A stretch of 64,000 nucleotides of DNA from Wickerhamiella versatilis (lineage: Eukaryota): positions 4,278,001 through 4,342,000 of the forward strand of contig JAQOWU010000008.1 of assembly GCA_030867685.1 (NCBI GenBank), in the 5' to 3' direction. Numbering within the stretch: position 1 is the first letter of the stretch; every line of letters begins with the position of its first letter. Below are positions 44,755 to 54,404 of this stretch, one piece after another. A model generated the notes under the pieces. The model saw only the letters and a list, made by a program, of their open reading frames with translations. It was not told where the DNA came from and searched no databases. A program made the position numbers and the translations under genes.

Positions 44755-45926
44755 TTTAAGAAGAACCCAAAATTTGAAGAAAAAACAGTTCTTTATAAAG
44801 CTTTCGAGCAACGAATATCTGCTGGATCCAGTATTGCCATTTAAATCGGAAAGCTCTAATAGGATACCATGAGGTATTCTTTTTTTATTAAAGCGGCTAT
44901 TATTTCTAGGATCTACAACTTATGTAGTCTATATAATGTTGCATCAACGATTTTGTTTTATTCTGACTCAGGCCAATCTGCCGAGATGTCCTACCCTACT
45001 TCCCCAGTTTTACCTCGAGGTTAATTTCTCAAGTCACTCAAGTAACCTGACAACTCACTCTGATATGCCCACCCGCCTCTTATAACAATGAACCCTATTA
45101 CTATCAACCCCCTTCTGCTGTATCAATAAATAATTAATTTTTTCCGTTGCTTTCCCCAAATTAATGCGGGTATTCATAACCTCATGCCCCTTATTCATCC
45201 CCTACTAACCCACCATGTCTTAGATGTAAGTGTCAGAATAAACGCGTAATTCACGGGCCCCACTGTCTAGGAGGCGTGAATATTCTTATCCCTGCGAAAA
45301 ACAAAGAAAAAAATCAGCAGCCCAGGACGATCTATAACCCGGTGATAAAAATATCATTAGATGGGCCCACTTCATAGCAAAATGAATAAATCCCTTAAAA
45401 ATCACTGTGAATTATCTAGGATGACCTAAATGTCCTTTTTATCAACTATGTGCCCGTATAAGCTATTGTTTACTCCATGTACTTCGGTCGTACGGATCAT
45501 ACGGGCTATACACCATGAGAATTATTATCTAAAAACTGCGCCTCTGGTCGCGTTTCTTGAACATACCGCATTGCGACAACATATTTATTTCATAATCGTA
45601 AACTGGTTAAGGGTTACTTTCCTAAAATGGGCATTCGAGGAAATGGGGCAGAGGACAAGGGTACTGGTAACTACTGCAAAAACATATTTTTCGGTATTCT
45701 TTCTTCCCTATATAGATTCGCATTTTCTGAATGTTTCATATATGACTTTTTCTTGCAAGTATAGAAGGATCAGAAGTGATTTTCTGCACCTCCTGTCGAA
45801 GAATCATACGGAAAGTCTCATGTAAGCGGTATGTCCGTTTCAGAAATTGGGTATGGGTAAAGATGGTGCTATACCATCACATATATAAGCAGCTGTCGCC
45901 TCTAATTGATCCTCACTAATTTCGAT

Positions 45927-46136
45927 ATGAACGCCATTATTCTTGCTATTGCTTCTATCGCTGCTGCCCAGTCTACTGGTGGTGCCGTCCAGCAGATCGG
46001 TGACGGCCAGGTCCAGCAGCAGACTGCTACCTCTGCTGCTGCTGCCGCCACCTCTGCTCCTGCCCAGGCTAACGGTGCTCCTCAGATGGCTGCCGCTGGT
46101 GGTGCCGTCGCTGCCGTTGCCGCTTACTTCCTCTAA
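45927..46136 (+). CDS. Small GPI-anchored wall protein with one PIR repeat (Cwp2-like)
   Basis: Signal peptide, QIGDGQVQ, omega-like ANGA plus hydrophobic tail; strong codon bias; TATATAAG at 45882. Confidence 0.88.
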   Translation: MNAIILAIASIAAAQSTGGAVQQIGDGQVQQQTATSAAAAATSAPAQANGAPQMAAAGGAVAAVAAYFL

Positions 46137-46978
46137 GCAGTTGTATTTTATTGAACAACGTCTTTAGTTAGTAGTGTTTTCATAGTGATACCATATTTTC
46201 AATCTTATTAGTTTTTTTAATTACTTGCCGAAGAATATGAATGCGTGTCTTGGGTATAAGATCTCGTTCCTGAAATATATCCTTGGCAGTTATTCTGGGT
46301 TTTCATCGCGGCACCGCATCTCATTATTTACGATATAAACGGCGACGAACCGGTCACGAGAAGTGAGGCACAAATAAGTGTTGGTTCGTGTAAGTGTAGA
46401 GAAAGCTGAAAGCAGGGTTTCTCAGGCTATTTCAAACACTAGAAATCTTGGTGACCTTGGCCGTTGTGCGTATTAGCCAGCTCAAAGACTATAAATTTTA
46501 CTACAACCATGACCAAAATCAGTGCGCGCCTGAAGTAATCCTTCGTAAAAGAAGCAAATCATGGGCAGGTTTTTGAACCCCGCACTATTTAAAAATTCTA
46601 TGAGGGGCCGAATTTGGCAATTCATAGTCAGGTCCCATGCAGTATGTAATCTTGCCCGAACAAGACCCACTTCTACAAATGTGTGAGAAGAGGTGGGAGA
46701 TACTTCTTTGATTCCCACAATAAAATATAGTTTTGGTCCGCCCCTTCTTATACAGGATACAATACAGGCATATTAATGTACCTACATATCTGCTGTTCCA
46801 CGAGACAGACGTTCCGGTTTTTCCAAAACAAAAATATTGGCGAATTCAATTGTGAACGTTTAAACACTCTTTGTGCCTATTTTCTGCTGGTAACCGCAAT
46901 GACAGTCTCATGTGCGTTACGATGCGCACTCAATGTTGTATGCAATGCAACTTCTTCTACCCCACACGTAGTTACCGT

Positions 46979-46992
46979 ATGTCACGTGACAT
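46979..46992. promoter_or_regulatory. Palindromic bHLH (Cbf1/Tye7-type) site
   Basis: Perfect 14-bp palindrome ATGTCACGTGACAT. Confidence 0.45.
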
Positions 46993-47297
46993 TGTTGCGT
47001 TCACCCCCACTAAGTACCCTGGATGAGAGATTAATTCGCTAGTTAATTTTATATTTGTATTTAAAATATATATTTTCCTCCTCGTGAGTCATTTACCGCC
47101 CTCGCGCCGAACCACCAAGTTTGATCATCTGGTTAGATGGATCACATTGCCACTACCCAGAAAAATTCTAAGTTAGGGTCAAAACCATACAGAAAGAGGG
47201 GTGATTTGCGTCAATTAAAGTGGAATTGACTAATAAAATTCTACTATAAAAGCACAACAAGGCGTTGCAGTTATCACTTAGTTTTTATTTTGCCGTG

Positions 47298-48038
47298 ATG
47301 CTCACTCTAGTTTTTCTTTCCGCTCTTGTCGCTGCCGACGTACGTGATGCTGTGTCCTCTGCCATTGATATAGGTAGCTCACTCGCTAATACTGTTAGTG
47401 GTTGGTCCTCCGGGGACGGCTTGAGTGGTGCACTTGCTATTCAAGGAGCATTCTCACCGTTGCCATCTGCTATAGGTGCCATTTCCTCGAATGCAAACGA
47501 TGTAAAGCCTGACGATATTGAGCTGTTTGCCAGCCTTGAGGCCAGCTCTGTTAGTCTCTTGAAGGCACTCGAGGCGAAGGCGGAGGATTTCCAGAGCGTG
47601 GGAGCTACAGAGATTGTGAAAGGCGACATTAGTGAAATTGCTGAGACAGCTAGTGGTGCAGTTGACGCTGTTTTCAGTGCGATTGCCACACAAGATCTCT
47701 CTGGTGATCAAGCTAGTTCTGTGAGTAGCATTGCCTCCGGATTTTCGTCGGGTTTTTCTGCTATTGGGTCGAGCTTTGGGCTGAGTTTGGCCCAATTACC
47801 CACTTTTCAATACAAGGGAGGGGGAGGCAGTAGTTCATCCGCCGCTGAAACTAGCTCTGCAGAAACTAGCTCTGCAGAAACTACTTCTGCTCAATCGAGT
47901 GCGCCATCAAGCAGCAGTGTTGCTAGCACTAGTGCTCAACATTCCTCCCCTGCTGAAGCCAATGGTGGCTTGAGACTGGCGACTTCTGGTGCTGGTGCTG
48001 TTGTTGCGGCCGCAGCTGCTCTCGCCTTTCTATTCTAG
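47298..48038 (+). CDS. GPI-anchored wall protein, HsbA/Mp1-like helical domain plus Ser/Thr stalk
   Basis: Signal MLTLVFLSALVAA, amphipathic domain, (AETSS)x3 stalk, EANGG plus hydrophobic tail; TATAAAA at 47245. Confidence 0.8.
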   Translation: MLTLVFLSALVAADVRDAVSSAIDIGSSLANTVSGWSSGDGLSGALAIQGAFSPLPSAIGAISSNANDVKPDDIELFASLEASSVSLLKALEAKAEDFQSVGATEIVKGDISEIAETASGAVDAVFSAIATQDLSGDQASSVSSIASGFSSGFSAIGSSFGLSLAQLPTFQYKGGGGSSSSAAETSSAETSSAETTSAQSSAPSSSSVASTSAQHSSPAEANGGLRLATSGAGAVVAAAAALAFLF

Positions 48039-48251
48039 TTACTTAACTGAAAGTGAATTCTTACTGTAAGGTTTGATTACGTAGATATATATATGAGTAT
48101 TATTGTGAACATGAGGTGGGGTCGGTAAACGACTTTTTTTCCTTTAGCAAGTCTTATAGTATTGTATGACGTATGTCTAAATAAGAAAATGATTCTATTC
48201 CATTATACGCTGGAAATTTTTAACCGGTCATTCGTTCATTTCAATCTTGTT

Positions 48252-49298
48252 TTATATACGGGCAAGCAGTTTTGAGGGACTACCCTCCATCAACGACACT
48301 GCTTCCACGGCCATTCCTAATCCCATCTGATAGCCTGCACCACTTGCTCCGTAATTGTGTATGAGTCTCTTCCCATCAGCAAGCTTCAAACACTCAACGC
48401 GAGGACCCCCCTCGCGCCCTGGACGCAACCCCACAGCGGAACCAATGATCTCCAGCGGGCCATATTGTACGAGTTGGGGCCACATTCGAGTAGCTCTATC
48501 TAAAAATAGCGAAGATTGTGGCCATAGTGCGTCCCCTGATGAATTTCCAGGTTCATGTGATCCACCTACAATCACCAAGCCGTTTGAGAACGGTCGTGGA
48601 ACAATATACGAGCTGAAGCCCGCTGCGGCGAGCCCAATGTTTTCTTTGATCTGCGGTGCACGTACTAAAACTGCTTGTCCACGCACAGGAAAATTTTTTC
48701 GAGGGTCGTTGACGCCCGCGAGCTTCGTAACGCCTAGGCCCGTACAATTGAACACCACGTCACTCGAAGGTATTTTAAATGCATCATTGATATCTGTTAT
48801 CTCTTGTCTAATAAACGTAACCCCCTGGTCAGACAAAAGTTTCTGCAGGAACCCCAAAAACTTTGGCGTATTGAAGTTATAAGCTAGGAATTTGTGACCG
48901 TATACCGCTCCATGCTGTTCAAGGAACTGCTTGTCGTCGATGACTTCGAAGTCTGGTGAGATTTCTCGTAGCGTTTCCGTGATCAGGGCTGGTGGGGGGC
49001 CTTCAGCCCACAGCTCTATCTCTGGAACACGAAGCAATCCTGCTTCTTCACCGTAGTCGCTGAAGATGCCTTTGAGCATTCTAAAACTCGCTTTGTTCCA
49101 TTCCAATTCCTTTTTTGAGTCATGGAATACCCTGCTTGACCAATGGGCCCCCGCCACGGGTGACACATATTCGAGGCTACTATCGCCTGGTAGGTGCTTT
49201 GCAAGCACAATCGTGTTGGTTGCGTATCCTTTCCTAGCGAGCACGAGTGCTGTATAGAGTCCGGTGATCCCGCTACCCACGATAACTATCTTAGCCAT
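48252..49298 (-). CDS. D-amino acid oxidase (fungal type)
   Basis: IVIVGSGITG FAD motif, SPVAGAHW, VVFNCTGLG, PVRGQ, GLRPGR, IHNYGASGAGYQ. Confidence 0.92.
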   Translation of the reverse strand: MAKIVIVGSGITGLYTALVLARKGYATNTIVLAKHLPGDSSLEYVSPVAGAHWSSRVFHDSKKELEWNKASFRMLKGIFSDYGEEAGLLRVPEIELWAEGPPPALITETLREISPDFEVIDDKQFLEQHGAVYGHKFLAYNFNTPKFLGFLQKLLSDQGVTFIRQEITDINDAFKIPSSDVVFNCTGLGVTKLAGVNDPRKNFPVRGQAVLVRAPQIKENIGLAAAGFSSYIVPRPFSNGLVIVGGSHEPGNSSGDALWPQSSLFLDRATRMWPQLVQYGPLEIIGSAVGLRPGREGGPRVECLKLADGKRLIHNYGASGAGYQMGLGMAVEAVSLMEGSPSKLLARI

Positions 49299-49635
49299 TC
49301 AACACCCACGTAATTATCTCCAGCATCCTGTAAGACCCACAACCCTGATCTTTAAGTAGTTGAGTCATAGGCCTACGAGCTATGTCGATTGAATTTGGCA
49401 GTGACCGTCTTTTTTAATATAAGTGAAATGATAATAAGGTCTTATGCTGGAGCACCCTCTGGTCCAGATGTACGCTTTTCTCAGTAAGAAATCGCAAACA
49501 TACGATGCCAAATTAGGGTGTACATGTGATATATCGCTCCTAGAGCTTAGCCCAGACATATCATAGTAATTCAAAATGTGGTAATTAAATTACGATAGCT
49601 CATTTCTATACTTTTTTATGAACGAGGTAAAGACG

Positions 49636-50871
49636 CTAGACGTCAAAATCATCCGCTTTGGCGCGATCAAATTCCTCTTCTTCCAACTCAAACTCTGTCT
49701 CCACATCATCAGAACTGGCTATGGAACCAAGAACGCGATCAACTACAAACTTACCGCTGACAGGGACCAGACAAAGAAGGCCTGCGAGCATCCAGAAGGA
49801 GACATTGAGGCTGGTGGCATTCGCGACGAACCCAATTCCCGCCGGACCAGCTAGAATCCCGGCATATCCAACACCGGTAACTGCAGCCACAGCAAGGCCT
49901 GGTGGCATAATGTTTTGTTTGCCGGCCAAACTGAATATAATCGGCACAATGTTCGAAAGACCTATTCCAATTATGGCAAACCCTGCCATTACAAGAACGA
50001 AAAATTTGGACAACAGCACTAATAGAAAGCCTACAAGCGCGATGATGCTGCCGCCAACCAACGAACGGGTATCGCCTATTTTTGCAACAGCCTTATCACC
50101 ACAAAGACGGCCAATAGTCATAGTAATGGAAAATATCATGTATGCAAAACCTGCTTTATTGGTTTCAACCAAGTTTCGATCGATAAGGAGCAATGCGCTC
50201 CAGTCCAGCATCGCTCCCTCAACAAGGAAGAGGATGAAAGCTAGAGCAGCCATCAGAAGAACTACGCCATGAGGAACTGCAAATGCAGGACTAGGCTCAG
50301 ATTTCTCACCCGTTCCACTCAACAGGCGGGGCGCTGCTATAATGACAATACCTACAACAATAACAGCAGAGAGCAGAGTAGCAACGACGGGGGCAATTCC
50401 AAATGATAAAATAAAGGACACAAAAGCGGATCCCATGAAAGCACCAATACTGAATATACCGTGAAATCCTGACATCAAGGGCTTATCCATGACGCGTTCA
50501 ACCTCCACTGCATGAATGTTCATTGCAACATTAATAGACCCTGAGCAAATACCGAACATCACTAGTGGAATAGCAAGAAGTATTTTGGTTGGAGCTATAG
50601 CCAATAGAGACAAATCACATACTGCCGCAATGGCAGCACTTATTATTACAGGCTTGCTTCCAACCTTCGCACAGATAGAACCAACAAAGGTCATGCTCGT
50701 GATAGCACCTATTCCCACGCATAGTAGCAGCCCTCCCATTGTTTTGGCATCTGCTGAAAGTCTCTCCTTTGCAAATGGTACCAGGGGAGCCCAGCCGGAC
50801 CCGGTGAAACCGCTTCCAAAGAATACAAGTTGAGTTGCAAGCTGAGCTCTTCTCTTAGTATTATTATCCAT
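49636..50871 (-). CDS. MFS transporter, bacterial YbjJ-like
   Basis: WAPLVPFAKERL, VAMNIHAVEVER...PLMSGFHG.FS.G, EGAMLDWSA, GRLCGD, GYAGILAGP. Confidence 0.85.
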   Translation of the reverse strand: MDNNTKRRAQLATQLVFFGSGFTGSGWAPLVPFAKERLSADAKTMGGLLLCVGIGAITSMTFVGSICAKVGSKPVIISAAIAAVCDLSLLAIAPTKILLAIPLVMFGICSGSINVAMNIHAVEVERVMDKPLMSGFHGIFSIGAFMGSAFVSFILSFGIAPVVATLLSAVIVVGIVIIAAPRLLSGTGEKSEPSPAFAVPHGVVLLMAALAFILFLVEGAMLDWSALLLIDRNLVETNKAGFAYMIFSITMTIGRLCGDKAVAKIGDTRSLVGGSIIALVGFLLVLLSKFFVLVMAGFAIIGIGLSNIVPIIFSLAGKQNIMPPGLAVAAVTGVGYAGILAGPAGIGFVANATSLNVSFWMLAGLLCLVPVSGKFVVDRVLGSIASSDDVETEFELEEEEFDRAKADDFDV

Positions 50872-51387
50872 ATCTCAGGAACTCAATTTATCAATGTGCA
50901 GCTTCTATGCAACAATAAGAGATATCAATTCACACAAAATTCCTAATGAAGATTTTTGCACTATGGTTATCTCGGATTATTTCAGCAGAAACTAAATGAG
51001 CTCTATCACACCTAGCCCAGATTGGTAGAAGAGAGACCTTGCAGACATATATGAAGCTTTTTGTGCTGCGAAAATTGATTAACTTATATCGAAAATCATT
51101 TAGAGACATATTTGCGTCGGCAAATCTCGGGCACTACAGCTCTCTGCCGGTATCGGCATAATGCAGCATTAAACTTCTTACTGTGTGACAAAACCCCGTT
51201 CGCTACCTACTGGTAGCTACTAGCCCTTCAGCATGTTAGCACTATAAGAAGCCTATCAACCTAGCAACTTGCTAGGACCAATTCCAAAATGATTATCTAA
51301 ACGGTATTTTCGGATAACTTGAGTAACATTTCCGTCATTACTCAGGGCAGGCTTATGCTAGTCGAAAATTGATACGTTCATTTGCTA

Positions 51388-52062
51388 ATGGCACACCAAA
51401 GGACTATTAAGATAGCACCCGGTGGTCATGTGGAGAAGTTGCGGCAGGAAGTGGATCACGCTTGGAATAGGGCGGTAAGACATAAATTTGTCAATGAGTT
51501 GTTCACAGGAGAGCTGCCCGACAAGGTTCTTGCTACTTACTTGATTCAAGATTACCACTTTTTCGAGGGAGGGCTATCACAAATTGGTGCGTGTGTAGCC
51601 TTTGCAAGTAGTCTTCCTGCTAAAATAAGGTTCGCGAAGCAGTTGGGGTTCCTTGGTTACAATGAGAATAACTATTTCGAGAAATCACTACATGAACTTG
51701 GTGTTTCTGCCATTGAAATCGAAAACTCGACACTTACGGATACGACTAAATCGTATATTAAACAAATGACTGACACGACCAACACATGCTCATATCCAGA
51801 ACTGTTGGCGATGATTGTGGTGGCTGAGTGGATCTATCTCGACTGGGGCCAGCTTCATCTCGAACTGCCTCCACGATCACTTCACCGAGAATGGATTGAG
51901 CTTCATAGAGGCGATAGTTTCTTTGAATGGACACAGTTTCTTGTTGATGAGCTCGAAAAGGCTTTGTCTGTGGATAAATCAGCTGCTGATAGGGTAAGTT
52001 CTTTATTCAGAAAAACAGTAGAGCTTGAAGGTGATTTTTTCGATAATGCTTTCAGGAATTAA
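51388..52062 (+). CDS. Stand-alone TenA-family protein, TenA_E type
   Basis: W.RAV.HKFV.EL..G.L, YLIQDY.F, AEWIYLDWG (Glu in place of the TenA_C Cys), EWIELH, F.K.VELE..FF. Confidence 0.85.
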   Translation: MAHQRTIKIAPGGHVEKLRQEVDHAWNRAVRHKFVNELFTGELPDKVLATYLIQDYHFFEGGLSQIGACVAFASSLPAKIRFAKQLGFLGYNENNYFEKSLHELGVSAIEIENSTLTDTTKSYIKQMTDTTNTCSYPELLAMIVVAEWIYLDWGQLHLELPPRSLHREWIELHRGDSFFEWTQFLVDELEKALSVDKSAADRVSSLFRKTVELEGDFFDNAFRN

Positions 52063-52251
52063 ATGTTGATTCGGTCTTTAGCTTGTCCACTATACTTATT
52101 TACAGGCCGGCGTCGGAGCTAGTCATCATTACACGAGAAAGAAGAATATACCTTACTTTTTATTAAGACCCCTCTACATCCTAGCACTATATGCTACTTC
52201 TATACTTCATCATATATCTCTGTAACACAATTTTTCTCGTAGACTTGTAGC

Positions 52252-54213
52252 ATGAGGTGGGGTATAAAGATGATTTGTAAGACAGGGGTACATATTAGTG
52301 CTGTAAGTAACTCCATGAAGCATTCACTGGAAAGCTATACTACGGTCGGCAACCTACACGAGGAATTTGATGTATTCTTTAACTCCGGCAATTATGAAGT
52401 CCAACGAATCAATCGCAACTCAGCTAGAGTAATATGCAATTCTTTATCGGGATGTCAATTGGAATGCAATGCTACCATTGATAAATTCCTTGTTTTCAAG
52501 CTTGATGGTGGCTGGATGAAGCCTTTGACGGGGGAAGTAGCCTCATCGGCTAGAATTGATAGGATCTCGGGTGCTATCATAGAGACTGAAGCTGGTCTTC
52601 TTTCCCTCCAAACTGAAAACACGCCATATAATACGGGATCTTTTCTTTCATTCCAGAAGAATGTGTTTTGTATATCAACTGCGCCTGGTAGTGCACCTGG
52701 TAACTATGCAGCTGTGATAGTGTCGAGAGTAGAGGAGTCGCAGCTTCCTACCGTATTTTCTGACCTCCAAACTTACCTGGTACCTTCGATAGGTTCCGGT
52801 TTTTTGGGATACTGCACTTGGAATGGGATCGGACTAGATGTCTCAAGCAATGGTGTCTTGAGTGCCTTGTCAACTCTCACCAACGTCGGAGCTTCACCCG
52901 GGTGGATTGTATTGGATGACGGCTGGCAAAAATTTAACGGTTCACGACAGCTCGTGGACAATGTTCCATCGAAAGATAAATTTCCGGGAGGACTGAAAAA
53001 CTTCATAAGTAAAGTCAAACAGGATTTTGGAGTTCGGTCAGTATTTATATGGACAGCTGTAACCGGGTACTGGGAAGGAGTAACCACTCAATTTGCTGAG
53101 TCCAAGGGAGTAGAGGTCGTTAAAGATCAACATGGAAGGCTTATTTTCGCCCCTACCACAGGTGGTGTCTTCAAATACTATGAGATGTTTTTCCGGTACC
53201 TAAGTAACGAAGGTGTTGCTGGTGTGAAATGTGATGTGCTTCAGAATATTGAAGCGGTAGAGGTGCCTGATTTCTCCACCAATGAATTCTATAATGCTTA
53301 TCGTGAAGCGATGACGATTTCTGCTGCTCGAAATAATCTAGAATTAATTTGGTGCGGCGGCATGGTGCCTTGGGTATTGCAAAGAGGCCCTTTAGGTCCT
53401 CAGTTTCCCGCTTGGACCTCTTCCTGTGCCTTTCGCAATTCAGACGACTTCTTCCCAAATGTATATGATAGTCATTTATGGCATATCTACTGCAATTTCC
53501 TGAATTCTCTTTATACAAGACAATTCGGTTGTCCTCTCGATTTTGATATGTTCCAAACCACGTTGGACCCACCTTTTAGTAGACTACATGCTGCTGCGCG
53601 AATTATGTCCGGTGGACCTATGTATATCACAGATGAAGCGAACAGGCATGACTCTAGCATACTCTCAGAATTCATATTGACTGGAGGAAAAGTGCCATAT
53701 TTCTATGGTCCACCCTTCATAACAAATCCACTTAACCCCTTTGGTGCTGGACTTCTTGAGGTACAGCAAGCATGGGGAGATTCAAAGGTAATAGCCTTGT
53801 TCAATCTTGAATCCTCAGGCAAAAATCCAATTCCAATATCGCCTCGGACTCCTTCAGGTTATGTTTCACGACCTTACAACAATCATAAAACTCTCACATC
53901 AGGTATGTTTGAGCTCATAACGCATACCAGACCCTTTCGTGTAGGCAAAATGGGGGATGCGGTGATCTTTGGATATGTGGATAAGATGGCAGGGATTACC
54001 GCGGTTATGAATTATAAGGTTTTAGCAGATCCAATTCGACTCGAAATAGACCTCTCAGCCGGTAACGGTATATTGGGAATACGTTGGCCTGGTAAGTCTA
54101 TAAATGCTTATATGTCCGGACAGGACAGAAAAATCAGCATTGACTTTGATGATGACGGAACTGCACTTATCAAAATACCACATTCCGACCGACCGAAAAT
54201 TTACGTTCAGTAG
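52252..54213 (+). CDS. GH36 raffinose synthase/Sip1-like alpha-galactosidase
   Basis: GYCTWN, LDDGWQ, GYWEG, GVKCD (nucleophile), RNSDDFFP (acid/base), DFDMFQT, SGGPMYITD; start may be 52315. Confidence 0.9.
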   Translation: MRWGIKMICKTGVHISAVSNSMKHSLESYTTVGNLHEEFDVFFNSGNYEVQRINRNSARVICNSLSGCQLECNATIDKFLVFKLDGGWMKPLTGEVASSARIDRISGAIIETEAGLLSLQTENTPYNTGSFLSFQKNVFCISTAPGSAPGNYAAVIVSRVEESQLPTVFSDLQTYLVPSIGSGFLGYCTWNGIGLDVSSNGVLSALSTLTNVGASPGWIVLDDGWQKFNGSRQLVDNVPSKDKFPGGLKNFISKVKQDFGVRSVFIWTAVTGYWEGVTTQFAESKGVEVVKDQHGRLIFAPTTGGVFKYYEMFFRYLSNEGVAGVKCDVLQNIEAVEVPDFSTNEFYNAYREAMTISAARNNLELIWCGGMVPWVLQRGPLGPQFPAWTSSCAFRNSDDFFPNVYDSHLWHIYCNFLNSLYTRQFGCPLDFDMFQTTLDPPFSRLHAAARIMSGGPMYITDEANRHDSSILSEFILTGGKVPYFYGPPFITNPLNPFGAGLLEVQQAWGDSKVIALFNLESSGKNPIPISPRTPSGYVSRPYNNHKTLTSGMFELITHTRPFRVGKMGDAVIFGYVDKMAGITAVMNYKVLADPIRLEIDLSAGNGILGIRWPGKSINAYMSGQDRKISIDFDDDGTALIKIPHSDRPKIYVQ

Positions 54214-54404
54214 ATACAGCTACAAACTCCTCTAAGGTATTTATTCGCTTGTGCTTGAATTTCAAACTATAGACAAGTTAGGCTTATAACACTGTTTTTG
54301 ACTATCCGGTTGGTGGTCTCACTTAGGTGCCTACTAAGCAAGCAACATTAGATAATACCACGTCTTACAACGACAACTATACTAAGCTGACTCTGATAAG
54401 CACA

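Noticed and set aside
49658-50833. 204-aa and 105-aa plus-strand ORFs
   Set aside because: Antisense shadows of the hydrophobic MFS gene
50872-51387. TPP riboswitch upstream of TenA
   Set aside because: Could not find the conserved CUGAGA and ACCUGA..GUAA..AGG core on the sense strand
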